Below are positions 11,710-25,315 of a DNA stretch of 64,000 bases, in pieces. The notes under the pieces are model-generated. The model did not search any database. It had not been told where the DNA came from and saw only the letters and a program-made list of their open reading frames with translations. The stretch lies in the NCBI GenBank assembly GCA_900088475.1, contig FLMG01000135.1, positions 62,001 to 126,000 of the forward strand. Reading direction: 5' to 3'. Position 1 is the first letter of the stretch; each line of letters opens with the position of its first letter. This DNA comes from Hyphochytrium catenoides. Lineage: Eukaryota > Protista > Hyphochytriomycota. The position numbers were made by a program, and so were the translations under genes.

Positions 11710-12380
11710 GCTTGACTTGACAGAAGGTGGTAATGAAAGCTCCTCTTCTCTTAAGTCCGGCCTGCTCTGGTAAAGTGGGACTCGGTCGTGCAGATACTAT
11801 AGAGGTCCAACACTTCGACAACTGGCACAGAAGGGCTCCATATTATCCAGGTGTGCGCTGAGTCAATAAATATTCGACAAAGCTCCTCCTTCCAAGCTTG
11901 TCTGCAGAGCTGCAGAGACTTTACTATTGAAAACCTCTTTTGCTTCACTTTGTGCAGTATCTGCAATCACTCTTGAGAATTGGCCCTGGAGGAAGTCTGG
12001 CAAAGTACTTGTGTTCCCAATATACTTATTGTTTATCTAGTAAAGGGGAGAAATATATGGTTTTATCCAGGATATCCAGCTTTTGCAGCGGCAGCATCAC
12101 GAAAGCTCAATTTCGATCTGAGTCATCCCGTCATCCGAGATCAGAAGCTTCAGCTCCGAGCTGTGGAGCTGCTGCAAGTTCAGCCTCTGATCATCTGTCA
12201 TCTAAAGCTCAAGTCTATCAATCTTGTTCTTCCCTGAGTGCTATAGTGTTTGTAGAGCCTTAGCTCTCTTGTGCCCCTTAAGGAGAACGTCCTTCTTTAG
12301 CAGCGCGTAGGTAGAGCTTTTGAGCTCGGATAAGCATCGGAAACAGGAGGTGGTGCGTTTCTGAGCTTTGTGTCTGCAGA
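11710..12380. promoter_or_regulatory. Putative bidirectional promoter/5' UTR region between DCTN2 (-) and BUB3 (+)
   Basis: Head-to-head start codons 671 bp apart; inferred from geometry only. Confidence 0.45.
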
Positions 12381-14307
12381 ATGAGTAACCAGCACGGCAC
12401 TCAGTACGAGCTGCACCCTGCAGCGTCGGATGGCGTTACGTCTCTTTCTTTTGCCAGGGACTCAAATGCTTTATTAGTTTCTTCCTGGGACGCTGTAAGT
12501 GTTCAACGCCTCAATTGAGGCTAATAATGGTGCCTCACTGCGTTTGCCCTGTAGAGCTTGAGGATTTATGACGCTACGGACACCTCGTTAAGGCAGAGAT
12601 TAGAGGCCAAAAGTGCATTATTGTCAACGTGCTTTGGAGGAGATAGTGCCAAGGCTTATGCAGGCCAGTTGGATGGCGGAGTTCAAATGTATGGTGTCTA
12701 ATTTGACAGCCATTTTGCTTTCATGATCCGATGTCTGAAGCTCATGTACTTGTCGCAGCTTTGACCTGAAGACCAGAGTGTCTAGTGCTCTTGGGTCCCA
12801 CGAACAGGGTGTTAAATGTGTAGATTATTCGCCCACAACAGGTACAATCCCTTTCGGTTCCACCAAGTGCTCAAAGTGTTTACTTCCATCTGTACTCGTG
12901 TCTCGGGTGAAATTGTCTAACAAGTTGCCCACCCTTACTCCCCTCGCCTTGGTTTCCCTGCGTTGTCTGAATCTTTGCTGTTGAAGGCCAAATCATATCT
13001 GGCTCATGGGATAAGACGGCCAAGCTATGGGATCCACGGTCACCTACTCCTCTCACGGAGATATTAGCTCTGGAGGGTAAAGTTTTTAGCATGTCCACTA
13101 GTAACCAAAGGTGAGCCCATAGGGTCTGAAGAGATACGTGGTGGGAAGAATAAAGACCAGGCAAGAGGATGAGATGGCCAAGCAGACTGATTCAAGAGGC
13201 TAGAACAAGTAAGATGTGATGGACTGTCTTCATGATTCCTCACGACGCACTACACCCTTAGACTTCTTTTAGCTACGTCAAGCCGACAAGTGTATGTTTA
13301 TGACCTGCGCAACTTATCTGGCCCGGAGCAACTGCGGGAGTCACCATTAAAGTATCAGACCCGCTGTATCCGCGCTTTTCCGGAAGGAGATGGTAAGAAC
13401 AGCGTCGTCTCTTCCCCCAGGCTCTCTTTCCGTAGCACGTCACTCCTCCATTAGCCGTTGTACCGCTCGTCCTACTTGGTCTTAAAGCTCTTCGGCGCGG
13501 AGTCTTTGCGTCAATACATCTCCTTTCTCCTGTACCCTTACGGAATATGAACCAGCCTAACTCCTTTTGTACCCTCTAAGTGCGTTCCTATCGTGCTGAC
13601 ATGTGCGTGGATCTCTTCCTTGTATAGGTTATGCGATGGGATCCATTGAAGGGAAGGTAGCTATTGAGTACTTCGACCTCTCACAGGAGATTCAAAAGAA
13701 GAAATATGTCTTCAAGTGCCACCGCCATAACATAGGCGGGGTCGACACGGTCTTCCCGGTGAATGATATTGCATTCCATCCCATGTACGTTTTGAGGAGC
13801 GGACCTCGGCGACTCTTCCATATATACTTTCTATTTCCTACTACTGCAACTCGAGCTAAATAGCCTTGTAGCTACGGTACGTTTGCCACAGGGGGATGCG
13901 ACGGCTACGTGACCGTATGGGATTGGAAGAACAAAAAGAAGCTCAGCCAGTTCTCGAAGTATCCAACAAGGTGCCTAAACTTAGTTTTTGACAGGGACTC
14001 TTCCATGAACTAAAAGGCCCCTTATTTCCCGTTTCTCTTGTCTCCCAATTGTCCGACGGTTCTTTGTGCTTCTCAAGCATCTCCGCTCTTGAGTTCAACT
14101 ATGATGGCAGCTTATTGGCCGTTGCCTCCTCTTACACGTTTGAGGAAGGTGAAAAAGAGTAAGTGTCTCTCTGCCTTTGGGCCTTTGACAGTTAGTTAGA
14201 CCTCACACCCGCTGGACCCTCTTCTATACTCTTACAGCCACCCTGAGGACGCAGTCTACATTCGAGTCATCAACCAAGCCGACTTTCAGCCCTACAACAA
14301 GAAGTAG
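12381..14307 (+). CDS. BUB3: Mitotic checkpoint WD40 protein Bub3, multi-exon
   Basis: [117 protein letters not shown] and SSYTFEEG favour Bub3 over its paralog Rae1. Confidence 0.93.
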
Positions 14308-14924
14308 AGTGGAAAAGATTGTCTCATTTCACTCTCTCCTCCTCCTGTCAGGCAGTGTACCCAATAAAATAGTTCATCTTGCCTTCACCGCTTCCACCTT
14401 GCAACTGTCGCCCTATCTTCATCCTCCTCCTTGTCCCTTTCGTTCTCTCCTCTCTCAAGCTTGCAATTCTTCCTTTCTGAGTCTTTAACTGCTTGGTGGC
14501 AAGCCTCAGCATCTGCATGGAGCCTTCAGGATGTCTCCTCGTCGGTTCTGATACCATTGAGCGGCACGTAGTTGTTGTATGTTCCCTTGCTAATGGGCGT
14601 GGAATAAAAGACCAGGGATACACGATCCCTGCACAAACTACACACCGTATCCTATTGTGTTACAATAATATCTGAAGAGCTGCGTGGACAGTGGATCGAG
14701 CGTACTTCTGATCGGCGTCTGTCTGGTCAGGCTCCTTCCTTTCTCTGTGCAGCGGCGCGCAGCTTGTCAGCTCGCTCGCCAGCTAACGACCGCCTACTGC
14801 GGCTTCTCCACCAGACGCTCTTAGCTGGAAGAGCTTGCTATCAGCGCGGTGTCCCATTGCTTCGCCAGCTCCTTGCTGCGAACCAACCTTAGCTTCTACC
14901 GAAGTTAAGTGTGCTTATGAAGCG

Positions 14925-17900
14925 ATGGATCGGGACATTGACAACGTGATTTTGGTGTGTGGGCCCAGCTGACCTTTCTCCGATCTCTGCTTTATATCTA
15001 TCCTTAGCTATTACTTCCTCCTCTTAGGGCCAATCTCTATCTTCTAACTTACTTTTGCTCTTCTTCCTTCAAGAGCTCGTTTTCTTTAACCTTCTTAGCG
15101 ACTTGTCCTTCACACTTTCTCCTCTCGCTTTGAGACCCTACCGCTCATGGCGCTAATGGTCTTTGTGCCAGGATGACATTGCAGAAGAGAGAGCCGAACT
15201 TGACGCCAAGTATCTACAGCAAAGGCGAAGGGGGCGGAAAAGAAAGGATGACCGGCTAGAGAAAGGGACCAGACAGGCCAAGTCAGGCTCTCCGCTTAGA
15301 TCAGCCTCGGCCAGTCCGTCCAAGAGAAGACTAGAGGAGGGACAACCTCTCCCCAATCCCAGAAAGGATGCTGCCAGTATTCTACTACTCCTTGTCCTCT
15401 ACACTCTGCAGGGCATCCCTATGGGGCTCAGCGGCTCTGTACCCTTCCTGCTCCAGGAGAAGGTGAGGCCAAGAAGCAAGGTGCCATAGGGTATAGATTG
15501 CCTTTCCAGGAGAGAGAAGCTTCATGAGAAAGGGCCACTCTGCCATCTCATTCCTCTTTTCTCGAATTCTTGAGGTCAGATGAGCTGATGAATGTCTCTT
15601 CCGCTCGCTCCCACTGGTCCTACTCCAAGGTCAGCTACAAGGATCAGGCAATGTTCAGTCTCGTGACGTGGCCCTTCAGCCTGAAGTTGCTATGGGCTCC
15701 GCTGGTAGACTCACTATATTCTAAAAGTTTCGGGAGGAGGAAGGTAAGCAAGGGGGATTTATAGCATCTGGCTGTTGCCAAGTCCCCTCTTTTTTGCTTA
15801 CATCACAACTGCAGTCAATCTCTCCTTCCCTCACTCACCGCTTCTCCTACTTGGTCGCTGTACTTTCTCTTATCTTCTATCCAGTCTTGGCTTGTACCTG
15901 TCCAGCTTCTGTGCGCTGGCTTGATGCTATACGTCAGCGGTTTCATTGAGGGGCTGATGGGAGCCGGAAGAGGCAGCGACGCCGGGGATGTGCCGGACGT
16001 AAAGACTTTGACAATCATTTTCTTCATCTTGTACGCCCTGATGGCAACCCAGGTAGGATGCCTATTCTCATCTAAATGAGCAGAAGAAGCCTGGGCAGCC
16101 CAAATCGTAGTGCCGACTCATCATCCGTTCACTTGTACAGCTCCTTTGCTTCTAACCTTCCTCCCCCCTTTCTATAGAATTCGACCTCAGTTTGCTCCTC
16201 GGCTTGACCCCTGTGTCCTTTTTATTCTTTCCCTATCCCCTTTCCCTTGCCCTCCTTCCTGGCAATTTTGTCTGACTACCAGGATATAGCTGTGGATGGA
16301 TGGGCTCTTACCATGCTCTCCAAGGAGAACGTTGGCTATGCCTCCACTTGCAATAGTGTTGGACAAACTCTTGGATATTTCGGTATAGCCTCCTACCTCA
16401 ACATTTGGCTAAATGCATCCTGACTCCTCTGCAGCCACATAATGCGTCGGAACTAAGGTCATCGTCGCTAACTTGCTCTCCTATGACAGTATCTTACGTG
16501 GGATTTCTTGGCTTGAATGACGTAAAGATCTGCAATCGGCTGTTTCGATCTGAGCCGTCAAATGAGCCCATCGTTACTCTAGCAGGTCCTCTTCTTCACA
16601 CTCGGACTATCCTTGTAATCGTGTAATATTTTTCGATGAGACGTTCCTCTATCATTCACCCTTGCTGAGGCTAGATTTGTTTTTTTTCTGTTCGTTTTTC
16701 CTGCCCACTGTTGCCAGTCTCTCAGCTGCAAGCATGAGTACCTGACTGTTCGCTTCTTGGCTGGTAGGGTTCATGCAGTTCTGGGGCTGGGTCTTTCTCA
16801 TTACCACCCTCGTCGTCTGGATCTTGAAGCGAGAATTGCCAGGTACAAAGCTGTCCATATCCCACCACTACCAACTTGGCCATTCGTATAGGGAGTCTGT
16901 GATTATCACGCCGCCCTCCATCCTATCCCAGATCTCATCTGCCCAAAGCTCTTGACCATATGCTATATTGTCCCGAGCCTTTAGACTTGTGCCCCGCAGT
17001 CCATGACTCAAGCACCTTCCGTCACATACCTCCTATTCCCACCCTTAACCTTTCCCACCTTCTTGAATCGTCCAGAGAGTGAGGAGGATGAGTTGAGCCT
17101 CTCAGAGACCTATTTCATGTTATGGAAAGTGATCAAGCTGAAGAGCGTGCGTCAGCTCTGCGCCATCCTAATTACCTATCAAGTCGGCTTCGCTGCTGCA
17201 GATAGCATTACCAGCTTGAAGCTCGTAGAGTATGGGGTACGTGATCAAGCAATGGTTGCAAGGAAAGGTGAAAGGTACCCTATATGGCGTGGCAGACGAT
17301 TTCTTGTAGGGGCTAGAATGGCCGCAGAGGGTCAGAAGAATCTAGCATGATGAGGGTGATGTGTGACGAGTCGGAGGACGAGAAAGGGCATGCTCTACGA
17401 TCGGAGTCTGTGAAGGCTTTACATACATTGATGATCAGATCTACTTTCATTCTTACTCTTTGCTCTTTTGCGCTACCAGCTGCCGAAAGAGGAGCTAGCC
17501 CTGATGGCTCCATTGCTTATCCCGATTGGAATAGTCCTTCCAGTAATCGTAGGGCGATGGGTCAATGGCCCACAACCCCTGACGCACTTCATGGTAAGCT
17601 GCTGATATGGCCTCACAATATCACCGTCTCCCTGTCGATAAGCTGCCTCTTCGCAACTTGTGAAGGGCGACCCCAGCACGACCGGCTGTGCAGTGTGCGG
17701 TTCTTTGCGCCGAATGATTTCGTTCTCTTTATATGCCAAGGGTCTTCCACTCTCGCCCTCAAATGTACTTTCCACACTTACTCCCTCGATACTAGTAACT
17801 GATGAAGGCTTATACATAGTTCTAACATGGGCTCTTGGTCTCTTTGTGTCTAGCGAGGTTATCCTCCTAGGTTGGTGGTGGGGCTACTGTATGCATTCAT

Positions 17901-19319
17901 GGTGTGGTACACGCCTATAGGAATGGCAGCGGGCTCCCTGCCCTTCTCATTCTATCTACTGGTGCTCTCCGCCGCAATACTGCACGAGATTACCGCGACC
18001 TTCCATTTCTGCGCGAAGGTCAGTCTCCCTTGCGTCTCTATTACTCTCAAATCTTGCCCTTTATGGCCAAGCGGACTATTCGATATCTGGCGTGTGTCTT
18101 CTTGGGTATTCTCTTGGGGCTTTAGATCTCTCATCAGATTATCACTGCGTGTGACTCGATCTCTGCAGCTGGCATTCTTCGCCAAAGTGAGTGACCCTGC
18201 CATCGGTGGCAGTTACATGACGCTGCTAAATACTATTTCCAACCTAGGTTCAAAGGTACGCGATGCTATCATCTCCGCATTGTTTCCGTCCCTTTTTTCC
18301 AGGAGTTAAACCATTTTCACCTCCTTAGAAGTCTTCTGGCTGCTATCTTTTCTGTGTCATTGGCGCCACCTTCCGACTCACTCATCAAGCGTTTGAGCTT
18401 CAATGGCGTATCTCAATCCTGCCTCCCGACTGCCTACGGTTCAATTGTTGCGAAAGGCGCTCACTGACCTTGTCTCCGCTTTCTCTCTCGTGCGTCGTGC
18501 CTGACAGTGGCCAAATTCGCTCAGCCTGTACCTCGTAGAATGGCTTACGGTTAAGGTAGATTACCTTTGTGCAGTGGGCAAGGCCATTGCTTTGCCGCCA
18601 CGAGATTCATATGCAGCTCTCTTCTTTAATCTTAGCCTTCTTTCCTTCTTCCCTGGTTCCTTGCCCTAGGAATGCCGTTCTGCTTCCTTTGAAGGCGACA
18701 TTCTGTCCATGTCAGACTGCAGCTCGGCCGAGCAGATTGCGCTGTGTAAAGCCAACGAAGGTAGAAGGCTTTACATCATAAACATCATCCCTATTCGGGA
18801 TTTTCTTAGCTTCCTGTTTTTGTCTTGACAACGTCTGGTGTCGCTTCTGGCCCCAGAGTTCTAGTAATGTCGTTGCCTATAGGGCCATACCGGTCACTGA
18901 TTGTGAATACTTTCTCCTGATCATGTTCTTTTACTCCTCTAATCCCATATCTAGGCTCTTGTGTTACTGTCAGAGATGGATATTTCGTCGAAATCGCCCT
19001 CTGCACACTGCTCGGCCTCCTGTGGATGTTCATTGCTTGGAGGCCTATGATTAGGGTCCAGGTACGAGCAATTCTCGGCACTCTTCCTTTCTTGAGTCCG
19101 TCCAAGTTCGATTCATGAAGACTTTCTGATTTCCCGGTTATCCACATTGTTTCAAGCCACTGACACTTTTCCTTTCTTCGTCCCCATCCGCCACGGTAAC
19201 ACCCTCCTTCCAAAACCTTCCGCCGTTCCCTTTTCGCCCTTTACTCTCCCTTTTCCAAGGATCTTCCTTCAACCCATTGGCAAACAGGCTACGGTGCCGC
19301 TAGCTTTAAAGCCACTTAA
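14925..19319 (+). CDS. SLC33A1: Acetyl-CoA transporter (AT-1/Acatn family MFS), multi-exon
   Basis: LYTLQGIPMGLSGSVPFLL, WPFSLKLLWAPLVDSLY..GRRKSWLVPVQ, MATQDIAVDGWALTMLS..NVGYASTCNSVGQTLGYF, AFFAKVSDPAIGGSYMTLLNTISNLG, DGYF. The first exon (ATG 14925) is the least certain part. Confidence 0.93.
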
Positions 19320-19443
19320 TAGATTGTCCTATCTTAAATTAAACTTAGCCTGAGATAAGCATGCCCATCTCTACTGCCAAATGACGCTCTAGGTGAGATG
19401 AGGGCAGAGTTGCCACACCGTTTCAAAGCAACCTTCAGTCCAA

Positions 19444-22400
19444 TCACTCATCAGATTGGTTCCGGCTCTTAGCAAGCCGCTCAGTCGCCTTTCTCTCCTT
19501 TTCTGCTGTTTCCCTCTTGAATTCCTCCTCAGCCTGTCAGGTTGAACATATTGGATTAGAGAAGACGTGAGTGGTGCTATGATGGCAAGGGTTCTATCTG
19601 GTTCGCTGTAGCATATCTCATAATTAAAATAAGCAAAATAAGGAAACAACGAATAAAAGCGAAACAGAGACCCAGCGCGGCTGACAGACCTTATCAAGGA
19701 CACCTCCCTTCACCTCCAGGACCTCAGCAAACGTTGGGAGGTCAAAGTCTGTGTACTGTGGCCGGATGCCGTCGAATTGGTACTGCAGTAGATGATAGAT
19801 CATGCGTAAGCCATATGCAAAAGAAGTTGGCACATTGCAGGTTGTGGCACAGAAAAAGAGGAATACAATGTGTCTTACAAACCTCAGGAATGGCAGAGGA
19901 TAAAGTGCGAAGAGAGCCTGAGGCTTTGAGTATCAAGAATGAACAGTGCAAGAAGAAAAGCGACAGCTACTGGAGCTTCTCGTTGACCCAACGTCCCTTG
20001 TCCACCTACCGGATCAATAGTTAGGGCCATCACAGTGTCCGGACCGTCCAATATGCCAAAAGCCTTCTTCACAGCGTCAGATTCAGGTAGGCCGTCCGTC
20101 TCCACGCCACCCTCTTCCATAAGGGCTGCTGGCGGCTTCGGCTCATCTAAATCTTCGAAAAAGCTGTCTGTGTGAGACTCTTCCGGCTTATCCAGCATCC
20201 CTGTAGCCTCGGCCATTGCGATTGACGGATTGACGTACTCTTCATAGAATGTGTTGTAGGTTCCCTGCGCCATTGCTGGATCCCTGTTATAACCAGCCAT
20301 TCTTTCATCAAGAGAGATATGCGAGAGAAAGCGTTCTTCCACCATGTCATTATTCCGCCGTAGCCGCTCTCTGAGATCTTTTTTGTCTTTTTCAGAGGTG
20401 TGCATCAGCGACCGAAGGAAAGCAGAGTAGTCCTCCTCTGCCCTTTCGTCACCCTCTTTGGTCTGCTTCACGCTCTCATACAGAGTCTCTGCAGCCCGCT
20501 TCAGTCCCGTAACAGCTTCAAGCAAAGACTTTTCAATACTCTTCTGATCATCTCCGCTCTCAGACTTTCCATTTCCTTCGTGTTCTTGCTCATATCCATC
20601 CATCACTCTTAAGGTCTCTGTCACTAGGTCCTGTAGGTCTTCGTTCTCTTTCTGCACTACATCTGAGTTCTGGAGCTCCTCCAGATCCTGTCGACAGGAA
20701 GCAATGTAAGCTCTAGACAGAACAGGCCCATGGGTTTTACCGTGACCTCTAGACTTCTGCAAGCGGGCTCCCTGTTCAGCTCCCCCTTTCCATGACCTAG
20801 TCTGGCCTTACGTCAGGCGCCCCATCACATTTTATCAAGCGTGCTATCCCTTCACTGCTTTCCTTCACTCTTGGTCTGAGTGGTAAACGCTGGAACTGCC
20901 ACGTACCTGAGCCAGCTTGTACTCCTCAGCAACCGCAAGAAGTCCCTTTCTAATGAGATCTTGCTGTTTCGTATACTCCGAGTCTAGCAGGTCGAGGTTA
21001 CTATCAGTCCTAAGCTCGTCTTGTTGCAGTTCATCTACTGAGTTCATTCTTATGGATGGCAGGGAAAGCGTTATCTGGTTCGCTAGAGCTAACAGCCGGC
21101 GGCGGGTTCCCTGGACTTGTTCAGATACTATAGGCAAAGCTAAAGGTTAATCAATCAACAAATGAACGAGCACAAGCACTGAAGAAGCTGGCAAAGGTGT
21201 TGTTTAGAGAAAGACCTTGAGAGATGGGTAATGAGAATAGCACTAACTATAGGCTCGATACGCCACTGACCGGTAGATTTTTCTTCCTTGCTGAAAACGG
21301 ACTCCTGGGCCTCTTGCCATTCCTCGACTGACATATCGCTAGGCGTCACGGGCACCTCGGCTGCGACTCTTTGGGGGTCCTCATTCGTCTTCTCTGCAGC
21401 CTTGCGGAAGGCTAAGTCCACCTTCTCTTGATATCTGGGGGCGATGGAGCTTTCTGTGCTCTCTGGCTCATAGAGAGAATCTAGAGATGTCCCTTCACGA
21501 GTCTTCTTGTCAAGAAACTCAGAATAATACAGCCGTTGATCTGTGTAGAAAATCTCATCATGTGGCGCTTCCTCAATCCATGGCACAAATGACTCATAAT
21601 CGGGTCGTGTGCTAACTTGAGTGATCTTCTTATAGTGTGCGATCTGGATTTTCCCATAGCGTTGAGTGCAAAATCCATTAAGGAGTCATCGAGAGTCACA
21701 AGGTAGAAAGTTAGTGGACCCAGTTGGGGACACAGAGTCAGGGGAGCTGGAAAAGAGAGACAAGACGAGAGAACGACTCCAGGAGGAGGATGGAGTGGGT
21801 ACGAGATCATCCATGGGGGCGGAACGAGTCTAACAGAAAGTGATGTGCAGAAGTCGGAAGCAGGAGCGGACCCTACATTATAAGGCTGCCATTCCCTAAC
21901 ATAAGCCAGATTGGCTGCCCTAGCCACTGGGTCGTCTTTGACCTTCAAGGTCGTGAAGCGTAGACAGGGCACTTCTATCCTCAGAGTGTCCTCGATAGAC
22001 TAGGAGCTTATCGTTAGTGTCATTCGTATCAAAGCGCTTATGGTTCATGCATTTAAAGCTTACCTTCAGAGTCTTAGGAGAGACTTCCAAGTGGCCGAAA
22101 ATGACTCGCGCTTTAGAATGACGAACAATAGTCCCGCTTCCAGACACCTTATCCTTGAATTTGTACGGCAAGAGCTAATGGCCAAACAAGAGTCAGTACC
22201 ACTCAGTGCCATGGCATTCTTTGAACAGATACTTTACCTGCAGCCCTATATTCTCCATCTTCCTGACTACTCCGCCTCCATCCCATGCGGCCTGTACAAT
22301 CCTCTTCAGAACTCCCACAATCTCACCTGGTGGAGAGTTGGGGTTCATAAGGAGGAGTTGCTTATAGTAGACCATCTTTGACTACTTGAGTCAGTATGTC

Positions 22401-22689
22401 ACTGAAGCTTCCACCTTTAAACTCTAAGAAACAACCGGCTGCAGCCGGCGCTCTGCAAGATCTTTGCAGACTTTAACTCTGAAGTTGTGACCACGCCTTA
22501 CTCGCGCGTGACAGAGGTAAACACGATGGCAGGTGGCGTTGAGCTGCCTGATGAACCCTGACCGGCCTGGCGACGGACCATGGACCTGACTGCCTGACTG
22601 TGCTGTTGATGGTCAGCTGGTGCTGCCATCAATGCTTTTGCCAACAGAACCCATGCAAACCACAGACCACCAATTCCAGAGGTTATCAT
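19444..22689 (-). CDS. Uncharacterised multi-exon protein with N-terminal signal peptide and acidic, coiled-coil-rich C-terminal half
   Basis: MITSGIGGLWFAWVLLAKALMA hydrophobic leader; a chain of minus-strand ORFs flanked by splice signals (22498-22689, 22193-22375, 21920-22171, 21155-21586, 20865-21137, 19884-20762); last exon AEEEFKRETAEKERKATERLAKSRNQSDE*. No family recognised. Confidence 0.65.
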
Positions 22690-23174
22690 AGCTTACCTAT
22701 CATCGATAACTGATGCGCAAGCTTCGAAAATGTCCGTTAGCGGTATTATAGATACCAAAAAGGCAGGGCAAAAGAACGGAAGAGGCAGCACCAGGAACCG
22801 ACGGAGGAGGAGCAGCGATCTGCAAAATCATCGCAGTATGTAGGCCTTCATCATCGACTGCCTCTGTTGCCGTGCTCATTTCTTCTCCTCATTACCATCT
22901 TCTCATCTGTCCCGGAGATGAGTGCTGTTGGTCGTGTCGGTCTGAGGTTATGATGCTTCTTGATGTTGTTCGGTGACTGATCGCGGCTGTCGAAGAGAAA
23001 GTTCGTTGCGACATGTAAAGAGTCTCTTTCTTATTTGCGGCGATATAGTAGCGAGAGCAAGGGAATGGATCAAGGACATTGTACGACAAGTCATTACTTT
23101 CCTTCTCCAGGAGATCTTAGAAGTCGTTTTGAGGGAGGGAGGAGATAATAAGGGTGGCAGTGCATCTACCCATC

Positions 23175-23194
23175 ATGATGATGATGATGATGAT
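23175..23194. repeat. (GAT)n microsatellite
   Basis: atgatgatgatgatgatgat read directly. Confidence 0.9.
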
Positions 23195-24496
23195 GGGGCA
23201 TCACCACTGCATCGAGAGGTCGCGGGTACTGCACACCTGAAATTGGCCATACTCCATAATAGCACCGCACAGTGAAGAAAAAGCTGTACCACGGAACTTG
23301 GTGGCCTATCAGTACTTCCTCGAAAGCTCTGACATATTCTGGCGGCTCCAGCAGACGCACAGATCGGCATAGGTGGTTGTTAACTACTACTCTCACACCG
23401 CCATCATGAAAGATGCCCACCAGTAGCAGCCTGACTATGAAGCTTTTAGTTGCAGGCATGGCAGCAGCCTTTCAATTGGAGCCGGAGGAAGCACTCATCA
23501 GGGCACTAAGAACCCTCACCTATCTACTATACTCCCAGCGCCCTGGAGCTAGCTCATTTAGGACTGCTGGAGGAGAGTTCAAGCTTTTCTGCTGTGGTTA
23601 CCTGTTCACCAAAGAACAAAGAAAACCCAGAAACCGACTTCTGCTTCCTAGAAAGTGCAGAAACAATCTTCCGTCCTAATACATATCTCTCCCTACTACC
23701 TGCCTAAGTTGCGAAAACAACCACTGACAGCGACTGACTAGCTCCTCAACCCGTGGCCGGAAAGTGCAACTCTACTTAGGGTTAAGGAAGCAGTAGTCTG
23801 TGGCACAATACATCAGTGAAGGAAAATTCTGGATTGGCAGAATAAACACTAGGGACCTCTAACTTAATGGTAAGCATTACTGCCCACGGCTCAGGACATA
23901 AATGAAGCGTTGGATCTGCAGCAACATTAAAATTCTACCACATGGAGAGCGAAGAAGTAAGGGCTGCTAGATGGTCTTGATCAGCGGCAGTGTAGCGGGT
24001 TTGGGATATCGATGGTTTGTGAGTAATTCACGTGGCTACTAGATTGTTGCAGTGCGATGCGGGAAGAAGAGGTCGGCGCTAGAGGGTCAACCGAGGACGA
24101 TAAGGGCGCTGCATGAGCTGCTTTTTATGCAAGAAGAGACCGATTACTATGGCGACAGTGCACTCGTACACCAAGAATGCCGGTAAAGGTAGAGACTCTC
24201 AGCTTCCATGGCCCCTACCCGCTTTTCACACAGACTAGTTTATCGCTATTATTGCGCCATCAACAAAGGCTGCTACCTTCTGAAATGACTTTCCGTAGAA
24301 TGCTTTAGATAAATGCGTACTGGCTCGAGCTAGTTTACATTCCACACAACGCTGTGATAACAGTGACGCTTATGTGGATGTAAGCGAGGAACAGAGCTTT
24401 TCTTCTCCATGATGAATCACTAGTCTTCCTTCCATTTTTCTCGCCCATCGATAGGCTCCCTAGCTTTAGATGAACGTCTCCGTCGCCGCTCGATTG

Positions 24497-25315
24497 CTAG
24501 TTCTGTCCTCCCTTCGCTAATCTCTTCTGTGCTCTGCGCTCTTTTCCTCCTACGGGCTTCGCCCCGGCATACGGTTTCTCTCCTTTCGCCCAGTAATTGA
24601 ACGCGTCGGAGATTCGACCAGTGTGCTCCTTCAGATCTTCTTTAAACACATCCTTGTCGTTTTTTGTGCTGAATGGCCGAGATAGGCTTCCTTTCGCCTT
24701 TGCGCCGAAGAAGTAGATGCGCACTAGAGGATGGATGGCAATATGAAACAGTTGAACTGAGAGCTGAACCACCAAGGGCTGGATAAAACCTGTCAGTCGT
24801 AAAAGCGCGCATCGACCTAAGAATTAAAGGGTTGCATAATAGTAGGCAGCCTGAGAGGCAACTCTTCTTCTTACCAAAAGCTGCATAGACTCCGTACGAG
24901 AACAAGCACCCGACCATCAGCTAGAGAGGAGACAAAGCATCGGCAAGGTCATGTAAGTCCAAATGACGATAGGTGTCAATAATTTAGTGGATCGGCTAAT
25001 AACTTGTCATCTTACCCTGGTCTGCAAGCTAGAAAGCTCTCCCTTGTCGTACTCCACAATTGGGATGGACTCCATTTTCTTCTGTTTAGTCTCTTTATCT
25101 TCTTTTTCTGCTAGAACGGTGCCCCGTTCCTGCGACGTTTCAATCTGATTCCGCAGTGTCAGGAGACAGACCATGACAACAGCCAACGTGACGGTGAGCC
25201 CATTGCGAACCCATACTTTATCCTCCTCGCCAAGGGACCGCGTTAAGTAGGCGGCGGCTCCAGCAACAAACATGCTCTTGGGTGGTGTGAGCGGCTTCCA
25301 TCCCTTAGTCGACAT
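24497..25315 (-). CDS. PHO88: Pho88/SND3-like ER membrane protein, 3 exons
   Basis: Hydrophobic segments, EYDKGELSSL, and C-terminal HPLVRIYFFGAKAKGSLSRPF, which matches the Pho88 signature PLV.IHL.G..A.G.L.RPF. Confidence 0.75.

Noticed and set aside
23166-23459. ORF ending in a poly-His run
   Set aside because: The His run comes from the (GAT)n microsatellite; no other coding evidence.
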